This document shows positions 54,481 to 63,491 of a stretch of DNA of 64,000 nucleotides, piece after piece; within the stretch, counting starts at the first letter, position 1, and the number at the start of each line of letters is the position of its first letter. Both the position numbers and the translations under genes were made by a program. Location of the stretch: NCBI GenBank assembly GCA_963708025.1, contig CAVPSB010000018.1:416001-480000 (forward strand), read 5' to 3'. The notes under the pieces were generated by a model. The model saw only the letters and a list, made by a program, of their open reading frames with translations, was not told where the DNA came from and searched no databases. This DNA comes from an uncultured Candidatus Rokubacteria bacterium (GTDB lineage: Bacteria; Methylomirabilota; Methylomirabilia; Rokubacteriales; DASRDR01).

Positions 54481-54649
54481 GACCAGCGAGACGTCCGCGT
54501 TGCGCGCCGAGGCCGAACACGACGCTCTGCTGGTAGGCCGGGGATCAGCCGGCGTTCAGAGCGCGAGGCCTAGGACGCGCACGTCCGTGTGCGCGCGAAT
54601 CCACGGTGGCCGCCATGACCAGCCGACCGAGCGAACGCTGACGACTCGA

Positions 54650-55158
54650 GGGGAACGGAAGAGCCTTCCGCCTAACTGGACCTGCCTGAGGGACCGAGCC
54701 CGACCGATGCCGCGTCGATCCTGCGGCCGCGACCGCCTGCCGGCATCTGGGCCGTGATGGTCCCGGAGTCCTGGCGTTGATTGGACTCCCGTTCCCGCTC
54801 GACGATCTTCTCGGCGCGCCGTTCGGCCCGAGAGCTGTGGGCTGCCCCTCACCCGAGCCGCGAGCTAACTGGACCGGTCAACGCGACCAGAGCCCGACGC
54901 TTTGAATCGGCCGGCGACGAGGGAACCGATGAGTTTCTAGGCCGCGGAGAGGCTGCGTTCTCTCCGCTCCGGTGACCCGACGGCTATCCGTGTCGCCGGA
55001 TCGAGCGTCGATAAGTGTTTGGTGCAGACCGCAGAGTCTGACGCCGCCTGTCGGAAATCAAGTCAGCGCACGTCTCGCGGACCCGGACGTCGTGCCGCTT
55101 CGTCACGCGGGAGCCCCTCCGCCCCCGCGACGGGAGCGGTGTCGTCCTCTTGACAACT
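54650..55158 (+). ncRNA. Candidate bridge/seek RNA region
   Basis: Long non-coding region downstream of an IS1111-type tnp, with hairpins and short matches to donor junction and target. Confidence 0.55.
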
Positions 55159-55424
55159 GGAGGCCTGATAAGTGTTGGGCGATCGATGTCTCGGCCCCAG
55201 TTGCACAGACAGATCACTACGGATTTCCCGGCCTGCGAAAGGAGTAGTTCGCGGCCGCCGATACCTGCGACCCGGTGGTAGCTCTGCCTGGACCAGTAGC
55301 CCTTGTAGACAGCGGTCACAGGACGATCAGTTCTATGCGTCTGCTGCCGGAAGGCTTCTTGAAGAATCTCCCGCCGTGACAGGGGTCGGCCGGCGATCCG
55401 GGCCGATTTGGCTCATGAACGGGC

Positions 55425-55715
55425 TCATACGGACGGGCCCGCGCGTCCCACCGTCGATTCCGCGCGGTTTTGCGTGGCTGAGGACAACGGTCTCTGGGAC
55501 CGGCGCGGTCGGCCGAGGCCCTGCTCCCGCGCCTCCAGCCAGCGCAGCAGCCTAGCCTTCGGGAAGCGGACCGTGCGGCCGATCCTCAAGACGGGCATGC
55601 TGGCGTCCTCGCTGGCCCACCGGAAGACGGACTTGACGCTGACCTGCAGCATCTCGGCGAGCTGCTCGGCCGTCCAATACTCCTTCACCGGCGCCGCTGC
55701 GAGAAGGTCAGGCAT
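55425..55715 (-). CDS. Excisionase-like HTH protein
   Basis: YWTAEQLAEMLQVSVKSVFRW...RIGRTVRF...LLRWLE. Confidence 0.82.
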   Translation of the reverse strand: MPDLLAAAPVKEYWTAEQLAEMLQVSVKSVFRWASEDASMPVLRIGRTVRFPKARLLRWLEAREQGLGRPRRSQRPLSSATQNRAESTVGRAGPSV

Positions 55716-56237
55716 CGACGAGCCCCCATGGCCGAGCGAACCCATCGGGCGGCCGAGGCGGCTCAACGCCATGACCGCGTGCTTCTACCGGGACCGACGC
55801 GAGGCGATGAAAAACTGGCGCCTGCTGCAGCGGTTGGGCTTGTTGGATGACTACCTCCGAGCCTCCCCACGCGACACTCAAGACTGCGAAGCTGTCCCTT
55901 GGTGTCGCCGGTGAGGCCGGTTGCTGGCTCGAGCTGTCTCTGGATCACGAGCCCGCTCCCTCCGTCGAGTCGTTGTCCGCCGAGGCCCTTTCGCTGCTCG
56001 ACGAGCTCACGTGGATGTCGCGCTCGGCGAGCCACGTGCGGATGGCGTCCTCGCCGCGGAGGGTGTCCGCACAGATGAGGACGTCGGTCGCGATGAATGC
56101 GTGACCCCGGCAGGAGCCGATGATCAGAATGCTCGAACCCTGACCAGGCCCCGGTGTCTGGCGGCTGGTGGTTGGAAGCTCCGACTTGTCTGGTGAAATG
56201 CGCCTGGCTGCCATGTCGTCGTCCGTCGGCCCGTCTC

Positions 56238-57515
56238 TCATGGGGTATCGTGGTCCCCGTCGACCCGGGGCTCGGTTCTCGGCGCAGACGTGCGGCCTGT
56301 GCTGGGACCCTCGGCCCCGCAAGGACCTCCCTCGACGCGCTTCGCTTTCCGGTGCCCGAACCATGGCGGCGTGGCACTCCATGCGGAGACCAGGCGGCGC
56401 TCGGTGTCGGGCCGGCGCTTCAGGAAGGCCGCGAGCGCACGACCGTCGGCAGTGAGGAGCGGCCAGGGATCGGCCCCGGTCTCGGTCGCCGCGCGGAAGA
56501 CGGCCGCGGCGTCGTACCGCCCCTTCGTGGGGAAGAAGCCGAGCTCCACCCCGTCGAGCGCCAGGGGGTCGCGGTCCTGGAGGTATTGCCTGAGACGCTC
56601 GCGGAGGCGAGCGACGCGGGCCTCACCAGTCAGGAGCAGCGCTGCGAGGCGGCGGGCCTCGGCCTCGTCGGGGATCGGCGCCTCATCCATGGCCTCGAGG
56701 GCGGCCAGGCCGGCCGGACACCGGTTCACCCAGGGGCAGGTCGCACACGCGGTCGAGGGCCGGGGCGGGAACGCGCCGGGATCGTCGGGGGTGGCGAGGG
56801 CCTGGGCGATACGAGCCGCGGTCGTCCGAGCCCAGGCCAGTGTCTCGGCGGTGTCCGCCGGAGTGAAGGCCGTGCGGGCGACCCGGCGGGTGCGAAGGTA
56901 GTGGTACTCGACCGTGACCGCCTCGAGCCGCGGCGCCCACGCCCACAGCAGCGCCGCGTAGCAGCCCGGTGCCCATGCCCACTGCAGAGTCTCGTCGTCC
57001 TCCGTGGCCCAGCCGCTCTTCCAGTCGCACACCGTGGCCCGCCGGCCATCCAGGGCGACGAGATCGAGCCGGCCGCGGAGAAAGGCGGCCGGGGCGTCCC
57101 ACCCGACCTGCCGGCCTCCAGCGTCGATCGCGAGCGCGTGCTCGACCGCCACGGTGTGTTCCACCGACACGACCCCGTGAGCGAGCCAGGTGCTCACGAG
57201 GGCCGAGGCCTCGCGGGCGACCGCGGTCCCTGCCTCGTCTGGCAGGGCATGCCGGGTCACTAGATCCCGTGCGAGCGCCGGTATCCGATCGAGCGGCGGC
57301 CAAGTGCCAGTGGCCTGGGCCTCGCGGACGTACGCCTCGACCAGCGCGTGGGCCACCGACCCGACTAGGCGGGGCCGCTGATCGGCGACCGGCTGCGGGA
57401 GTCGCAGCACGTACTCGAACCGGTACGCCGCGGGACACCGGTCCCAGGCGTCGAGGCGCGAGGGACTGACCCGCGGGAGCTTCTCGGTGGCCGTCTGGAG
57501 CGCGGTCACACTCAT
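56238..57515 (-). CDS. PD-(D/E)XK nuclease, RecB/AddB/Cas4-like with 4 Cys
   Basis: SPSRL...CP, GSVAH, GRLDL...DWKSG, CATCPWVNRCP; ATGA-coupled to UvrD. Confidence 0.85.
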   Translation of the reverse strand: MSVTALQTATEKLPRVSPSRLDAWDRCPAAYRFEYVLRLPQPVADQRPRLVGSVAHALVEAYVREAQATGTWPPLDRIPALARDLVTRHALPDEAGTAVAREASALVSTWLAHGVVSVEHTVAVEHALAIDAGGRQVGWDAPAAFLRGRLDLVALDGRRATVCDWKSGWATEDDETLQWAWAPGCYAALLWAWAPRLEAVTVEYHYLRTRRVARTAFTPADTAETLAWARTTAARIAQALATPDDPGAFPPRPSTACATCPWVNRCPAGLAALEAMDEAPIPDEAEARRLAALLLTGEARVARLRERLRQYLQDRDPLALDGVELGFFPTKGRYDAAAVFRAATETGADPWPLLTADGRALAAFLKRRPDTERRLVSAWSATPPWFGHRKAKRVEGGPCGAEGPSTGRTSAPRTEPRVDGDHDTP

Positions 57516-59401
57516 GACGGGGTAACCTCCACGGTAGTTATGGTGATAGGCCTCGTCGGAGCCGACCGGATGTCGAGGCCTGATTCCCGGAGGAAGCGGG
57601 AGGGCGGCCGAAACACGACATCGCCCCAGAGGCGGCGCATCCGGGCCACCGAGCACACGAGCCGCTGACGCGCCCGGGTCATGCCGACGTAGCAGAGGCG
57701 GCGCTCCTCGGCGAGCGCCTCGGGAATGGTGTGGCGGTAGTGCGGCAACAGTCCCTCCTCGATCCCGACGATGACCACCGTGTCGAACTCGAGACCCTTG
57801 GCCGCGTGCAGCGTGAGGCCGAGCACCTGCGTCGCGGCCGGGGCCCGGGCGTCCTTCTCGCTCAGCACGACCGTGTCGAGGAACTCGCCCAGGTTCTCGC
57901 CGCCGTCCGCCTCCCACCGCCGCGTGAGGGCGACCAGCGCGGCCATATCCTCGGCGCGACGAGCCTCCGGGCTTTCGTCCGGGCGATGGCCGTGGATCTC
58001 CCGCGCCAGCGTCTCGAGGAGCTGGCTGACCGGGGCCGGCCCGGTCCGCCAGATCGCGAGCTGCTGGAGGAGCGCGGCCAGCCGCGGACGGGTTCGCGCG
58101 GCCTCGGTCAGCGCCGCGGCGACCCCCACGCCGGCGGCGCGGGCGCGAAGCGTGGCCAGGGTCTTCGCCCCGATCCCGCAGCGGAGCCCGCGCAGGATCC
58201 GGTCCCAGGCCGGCCAGTCGGCGGGGTTGACGAGCACGCGACAGACGGCGAGGCAATCGCGTACGGCGGCGCGCTCGGCCAGGGGCCGGTCCGCGAGCAC
58301 CCGGACCGTGAGGCCGCGTGCCACGCAGGCCCGCGCGATCGGGCCCAGGCACGCCGTCACCCGTGCGAGGACGGCGATGGGTGGACCACTGGTCCGCAGC
58401 CAGTCGGTGCACGCGGCGGCCAGCCCCTCGGCTTCCGCCCGGTCGTCGGGCCACGTGAGAACCGTGGGGACTGGCCCGGCCGGCCGCACCGCGGCGAGCG
58501 GCTTCGGCCGGCGGGTGCTGTTGTGCGCGATCAGGCGCGCGGCGGTCGTCACGATCTGGGGTGTGGAGCGGTAGTTCCGGCCGACGGCGAGCACCGTGCC
58601 GCCCAGGTACGTGCGCTCGAAGGCGTGAAGGCGCGTGAGGTCAGCGCCACGCCATCCGTAGATGGCCTGGTCGTCGTCCCCGGCGAGCGTCACCGCGCCG
58701 TCCGGGGCCGCGAGCGCCTCGATGAGGGCGTGCTGGAGGGCGCACAGATCCTGCGCCTCGTCAACCAGCACGGCCTGGAACCGCGCGCGCAGCGCCGCGC
58801 GCACGGCCGGCTCGCGCGCGAACAGCCCCAGGGGCTCCGCCAGCAGATCCAGAAAGTCGAAGGCGTTCGCCTCGCGACACCGGGCCTCGTAGGCGACGCG
58901 AAGGGCCGCGATCGGGGACCGTGTCGGCCCCGGCCCCGGGGCCCCGGCGACACCGGGCGTCCTGGCGCGATCGAGGGCCTCGACGAGCGTCGGCAGGTCG
59001 CCGTCGAGGCCGAGGCCCTTCACGAGGCGGGCGACGAGCCGCCGGGTGTCCTCGCGGTCGAGGATCGTGAAGGCGGGCGTCCGGCCCACCGCGGCGGCGT
59101 GGCGGCGGAGGAGCCAGGCCCCGAACCCGTGGAACGTCCCCGTCCAGAGCGCCCGGGCGCGTGGGCCGAGCGCCTGGACGAGCCGACCGCGCAGCTCGTC
59201 CGCCGCCGCGCGCGAGAACGTGAGCGCGAGGATCGCCGTCAGATCGAGCCCGTCGTGGTCGATCAGCCACTGGATCCGGTGCGTGAGGATCCGGGTCTTG
59301 CCGCTGCCGGGCCCGCAGGCGAGCAGCAGGGGCCGGGCCGGATGCGTGACCGCGGCGCGCTGGGCCGGGTGCAGCGCCGCCAGCGTCTCGTCCAGGAACA
59401 T
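57512..59401 (-). CDS. UvrD/PcrA-like SF1A helicase
   Basis: GPGSGKT, TFH, VDEAQD, GDDDQAIYGWRGA, NYRS, TLHAAKGLEF, EERRLCYVGMTRA. Confidence 0.93.
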   Translation of the reverse strand: MFLDETLAALHPAQRAAVTHPARPLLLACGPGSGKTRILTHRIQWLIDHDGLDLTAILALTFSRAAADELRGRLVQALGPRARALWTGTFHGFGAWLLRRHAAAVGRTPAFTILDREDTRRLVARLVKGLGLDGDLPTLVEALDRARTPGVAGAPGPGPTRSPIAALRVAYEARCREANAFDFLDLLAEPLGLFAREPAVRAALRARFQAVLVDEAQDLCALQHALIEALAAPDGAVTLAGDDDQAIYGWRGADLTRLHAFERTYLGGTVLAVGRNYRSTPQIVTTAARLIAHNSTRRPKPLAAVRPAGPVPTVLTWPDDRAEAEGLAAACTDWLRTSGPPIAVLARVTACLGPIARACVARGLTVRVLADRPLAERAAVRDCLAVCRVLVNPADWPAWDRILRGLRCGIGAKTLATLRARAAGVGVAAALTEAARTRPRLAALLQQLAIWRTGPAPVSQLLETLAREIHGHRPDESPEARRAEDMAALVALTRRWEADGGENLGEFLDTVVLSEKDARAPAATQVLGLTLHAAKGLEFDTVVIVGIEEGLLPHYRHTIPEALAEERRLCYVGMTRARQRLVCSVARMRRLWGDVVFRPPSRFLRESGLDIRSAPTRPITITTVEVTPS

Positions 59402-59411
59402 GACCAGACGG

Positions 59412-60443
59412 TCAGGCGGCCGCGGGGGACTCGGGCGTCGCGCTCACGGGTGCCGGCCCACCCGCCTCGCCGTCGGCCTCGACGTCGAAGCGACGGAGGG
59501 CCCGGCCCGTCAGCCCGCTCCGCGGCAGCTCGGCGGTCGCGGCGACGACGACGGCCTGGAGCCCCGCCGCGAGCGTGGCGCGGAGGTCCGGCGCCTGGCT
59601 CACCGCGGCCGGCTCCAGTCCGTCCAGGCAGGCCTGCTCGAAGGCCGCGAGCTGGCGCTCCAGGGCGTCGTCCTCGACGAAGTTGAGCGCTCGGAATCGC
59701 CGGATGGTTCGCCGGAGCCGTGCGAGGGCCCCCTCGCCGCCGACGGCCTCGAGCGTCTCGGCCGGGTCGAGGAGATCAAGCAGCCCCGACTTCCGGACCA
59801 GCGCCGTCTTCTCGTGCCGCACGGTCGCCGGCATCGCCGTCACCCGAGCCCGATCCCGCATGAGCGCCAGGGCGAAGGCGTTCTCGGCCTCGTTCCAGGT
59901 GAGGCCACGGGCCGCCTCGAGCATGGCGTCGCGCACGGCGGGCGGCAGCGTGATCTTCGCGGGGCCGACCAGCTCGTCGAGCAGGCCCTGGAGCGTCTCG
60001 CGCGCGGGCAGCGGGTAGTCCAGCCAGGCGACGTCCTTCTCCCACTCGACGGGCAGCGTGGGCTCCGGCGAGCACAGGAGAAGCGGCCGCTGCGTGGCCT
60101 TCGCGGTGGGGAGGGCATCCCTCACGGTGCGGACCAGCTCCGGGAGCTGGGCGAGGTACGGATGGAGGTCGAAAAAGACGGCCACCGTCTTCTCGGGCAA
60201 GGTCGTGAGCCCCTGCACCGCCCGCACGGGGTCGCCCTGACCTTGATTCAGGACCTTGCCGTCCGCATCGGCCCAGCCCCGCGCCATGGTCCACGCGACG
60301 ACCCCCCAGCCGGCGGCGCGGAGGGTCCGGAGGTCGCCCAGCAGGCGCTCCTCCTCGTGGGTGGTGACGGCGAGGGCGGGATAGCCCGCTCGGAGGTAGT
60401 CGCGGAGCCGTTCGGCGAAGGGACTGAGCATGAGGTCCTCCAT
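59412..60443 (-). pseudogene. Ycf46-like AAA ATPase N-terminus fused by deletion to C-terminus of a DUF3150-like gene
   Basis: YLRAGYP..THEEER, GLTWNEAENAFAL, KSGLL..VGG, then no Walker A; continues FRALNFVEDDALE. Confidence 0.65.
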
Positions 60444-61001
60444 GGGCGTGAGGATCCACGCGCGCCAATGCCGCGCACGCGGGAGTGGTGAAGCCGGCTC
60501 AGGCCTCGGTGGGGCGTCCGGTGGGGTCCGTCCCGCTCGACCGTCCAGCGCTTCTGCACCGCCGCCCTGCGCCGAGTGACGACGCCGGGTCCCTGCCCTG
60601 GACGACAAACGCCGGCCTCGGCGTGGGCCGTCTCGCGTCGCTGGCGTGGCGCCGTCGCCGCCCACCACGTCCTCGACGCTGATCTCCCGCTGCGGCACGC
60701 GGTCTCTCGGGTCAGAGATACTGGCCGGGACGATCATCGCGGCGCCGCGCCTGGGCGCTCGTGGCGGCCTCGGACGCCCCACGGACGTCCTGGCTGGATT
60801 CGGCCCGTCCGGCCTCGATGTCGAGGCGGGCGAGACCCACGCGGACGGCTTCCGCGACGTGGAGGGCCAGCACCCGATCGATCGTGACGAAGCTGTACGC
60901 CACGAGCGCCCCCGTGCGGCGATCGCGTGCCTCGACATGCGCGACCGAGAGGTCCGCCTCGGCCAGGAGTCCTGGCAGCGCCGTCAGGTGGGCGTGCACC
61001 T

Positions 61002-61334
61002 TCACGGCGGCGTGACCGTCGGACGGGTCCCGGGGCGTGGCGGAGGTGGGAGCGAGCGGCTCGGATCGCACGACGGCTCTCCTGTCTGGGGATGTCCCGA
61101 GGTGAAGTGCTGTTCCAGCCAGTCCCGCTCGGCCTCGAGCGCGGCGGTCCGCATCTCGACCGGCCCGAGCACCGGCCCCTCCATCGGACCGAGGTCGGCG
61201 GTCCACTGGCCGTCCGGCGTGGGCTCCACGTGCGATGCGCGACGGATGGTAGCCCGCCCGAGCACGAGCAGGCCGCGGAGCGCGTCCTCGTAGATGAAGC
61301 CCACCGCGCCGTCAGGCCGAATCCAGACGAACAT
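61002..61334 (-). CDS. Conserved hypothetical protein of AAA/DUF1257 modules
   Basis: IRRASHVEP...WTADL.P..GPVLGP....AALEAE..WL. Confidence 0.65.
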   Translation of the reverse strand: MFVWIRPDGAVGFIYEDALRGLLVLGRATIRRASHVEPTPDGQWTADLGPMEGPVLGPVEMRTAALEAERDWLEQHFTSGHPQTGEPSCDPSRSLPPPPRPGTRPTVTPP

Positions 61335-61514
61335 GGCGTGTGCTCTGGGCGGCCCCCCGGAAGTAGTCCGCGGTGCGCGTGTCCTCCCGGGTCACGCCCA
61401 GGGCGCTCTCCAGGGGCCGCGTGAGGGCCTGGCACCAGGGCCGGCCACCCTCTCCACGCTGACGGTGACCTCGCCCGTCGGACCGATCGTCACGAGGATC
61501 GTCGGGTCACGCAT
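61312..61514 (-). CDS. DUF2997-like small protein, frameshifted ~61435
   Basis: ILVTIGPTGEVTVSVE.VAG / CQALTRPLESALG...T.DYF. Confidence 0.6.
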
Positions 61515-61520
61515 GGCGGG

Positions 61521-61855
61521 CTACCGGCCGAGCGCCAGGCGAACGGTGCCGTCGGCCTGCACGGTCCGGGTCACGCGGAATCCCTGGGCCCGCGCGAACC
61601 GGCCCGTCGCGGCCTCCGCGTAGGCCTGCCGGAATCGGTGGAGGTGGGCCAGGTCGCCCCACTGACGAGCCGGCCCTCGCCGTCGATGACGACCGGATAC
61701 TGCCAGCCCGGCAGGCGCAGCGCGGTGCCGGTCACCCGGGTCCCGTCGTAGAAGCGGACCGTCTCCCGCGCGAGCGCAAGGCCAAGGGCCGCCGCCGCAT
61801 CGGCCAGCGCCCCGGGATCCCGGAACTCGAGCGTGATCGTCGCCACGTGACTCAT
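61521..61855 (-). CDS. DUF1257-like protein, frameshifted ~61663
   Basis: MSHVATI...LRLPGWQYPVV / WGD...QAYA...ARAQGF....ADGTVRL. Confidence 0.65.
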
Positions 61856-61917
61856 GCGGGGTGTCTCCTCTCGCGCTGGCCGGCGCGTCGTGGGGCTCGG
61901 CTCGGCCAGCTCGCGGA

Positions 61918-62898
61918 TCAGGCTGCCGCGGCGCCCGTCAGGCGCGCGCACTGGTCCCGGAAGCCGGCGGCCACCCCGGGGTCCTGATACCGGCGGACGA
62001 ACCGTTCCCGCTCCTCGCGGAACTGCGCCTCGGTCAGGCCGAGCTCCGGCCCGTCGCCGTCGGACCCCTGGTACCGGGCCGTGATGTAGGCGCGATAGGC
62101 CGGGGCTCCGACGCCCAGGCACGCCGCGTGGACGACGAGAGCGTCCCGGGTCAGTTCAGGACTCGCGAGGTGGGTCGCCAGCTGCTCGCGGAAGGCGGCG
62201 ACCGCCTCCACGTCGGAGGCGGCCTGCGCCCGCCGGAGCGCGATCTCGCCGGGCCGCAACCCGAGCGCCTGGCCGAGCTGCCCGAACTCGGCCTCCGCGG
62301 CAGGGTCCGGCGCCCCGTCGCTTGGGGGGACGGCGGATGCCGGCGGGGCCCCGGGCCTGCCGTTGGCGGACTGGGACGCCATCGCGGCGGATCCTCCCGA
62401 CTCCGGTCGGTCGGCCACCCGCAGGACCTCGTCGGCCGACGCGATCCCGGTTCCATAGCAGCCGAAGCCCCACATCCCCAGGGCACGGGCCACAGCGCTC
62501 GTCTCGCCGTTCTCGAGGGGGTTCGACTCGTTGACCCCCTCCCCGCCGAGGAACACGCGGGCGTGCGCCACGACGGTGCCGTAGATCTCGCTCGTCAGCG
62601 TGGCCCGGGCGAGGAGCTGCCCGCTCGTCGGCTCCACGATGAACTCGCTGTGGACGCCGAAGCGCTGGCCGGCCTCGCGGTGCTGGTCGCGGGCCATCTT
62701 GACCCGGCCGTCCGCGGACAGGTACGGCTGCCGGACGGTGGCCCAGACGGGCGCCGCCCTCGTGCCGCCCACCTTCTTGCGCTGCTCGATGAGCATGATG
62801 AAGCTCTGGTATTCGGCCGGGGTCTGCTCGACGGCGAGCCGGCAGAGCCGCTCGGCCTTCTCCTGCGCCTCACGGATCAGGGTCTGGGGGTCAGCCAT
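61918..62898 (-). CDS. Putative Rad52/Sak-like single-strand annealing protein
   Basis: Y...DGRV...LENGETSAVARALG..G.G.GIAS.DE motif and flexible C-terminal tail. Confidence 0.5.
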   Translation of the reverse strand: MADPQTLIREAQEKAERLCRLAVEQTPAEYQSFIMLIEQRKKVGGTRAAPVWATVRQPYLSADGRVKMARDQHREAGQRFGVHSEFIVEPTSGQLLARATLTSEIYGTVVAHARVFLGGEGVNESNPLENGETSAVARALGMWGFGCYGTGIASADEVLRVADRPESGGSAAMASQSANGRPGAPPASAVPPSDGAPDPAAEAEFGQLGQALGLRPGEIALRRAQAASDVEAVAAFREQLATHLASPELTRDALVVHAACLGVGAPAYRAYITARYQGSDGDGPELGLTEAQFREERERFVRRYQDPGVAAGFRDQCARLTGAAAA

Positions 62899-62992
62899 GC
62901 CGGGCGCTCCTCTCTGGGCCGGGTCTCGGGAGAAGTCTTGGGTCCGTGCCGCGCCATCGGCACGCCGGACGTGGTCGCATCGCGTCGGTCGA

Positions 62993-63445
62993 TCAGCTCA
63001 CGTCGACCGGGTCGGGCATCCAGGCGATCGGCGGGAGCGGCGGGATCGTTGGGTACGTCCGGGCCAGCCATCGACGGACCCCGCGGAGCGTGCGACAGCG
63101 GGCCAGGGCTCCGCGGATCGCCGAGCGTGGGATGACCGGCTCGCGGTGTCCGTCATCGCAGACAAACTCCACGCGGCCCCAGCCCGGGCGACAGTGGATC
63201 AGCAGGTCAGGCCAGCATCCGGAGCGGGCGGCGGACTCCAGGTCGAACGGGATGCTGCGGCTCTCGAGCCAGGCCTCCAGCTCCGCGAATCCGCCCCAGG
63301 ACGCCTCGTCATCCTCCACCACGACCTGATCGTCCTCGAGACACTCGTCCAGGCGGCAGCCGGCCAGTGTCTCCAGGGCGCCGGCCAGCGCCTGGCGCGA
63401 GACCGCGCCCCCGATCGTCAACCGGGCCCAGCTGCGCTCTCCCAT
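62993..63445 (-). CDS. Hypothetical protein
   Basis: AAAGGGA RBS; MGERSWARLTIGG... Confidence 0.55.
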   Translation of the reverse strand: MGERSWARLTIGGAVSRQALAGALETLAGCRLDECLEDDQVVVEDDEASWGGFAELEAWLESRSIPFDLESAARSGCWPDLLIHCRPGWGRVEFVCDDGHREPVIPRSAIRGALARCRTLRGVRRWLARTYPTIPPLPPIAWMPDPVDVS

Positions 63446-63491
63446 GGGTGTCGTCCCTTTCGTCGCGCGACCGTGAAACGAAGGCCGGCCC

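Larger units (their letters stand above)
53332..55174 (+). mobile_element. IS110 family, IS1111-type insertion sequence
   Basis: Subterminal IRs TCAGGCCTCC (53342-53351)/GGAGGCCTGA (55159-55168), TG core at both ends, outward TTGACA at 55150. Confidence 0.82.

Noticed and set aside
56238-57515. Cas4 of a CRISPR system
   Set aside because: No cas1/cas2 or array; context is a helicase/mobile-element module
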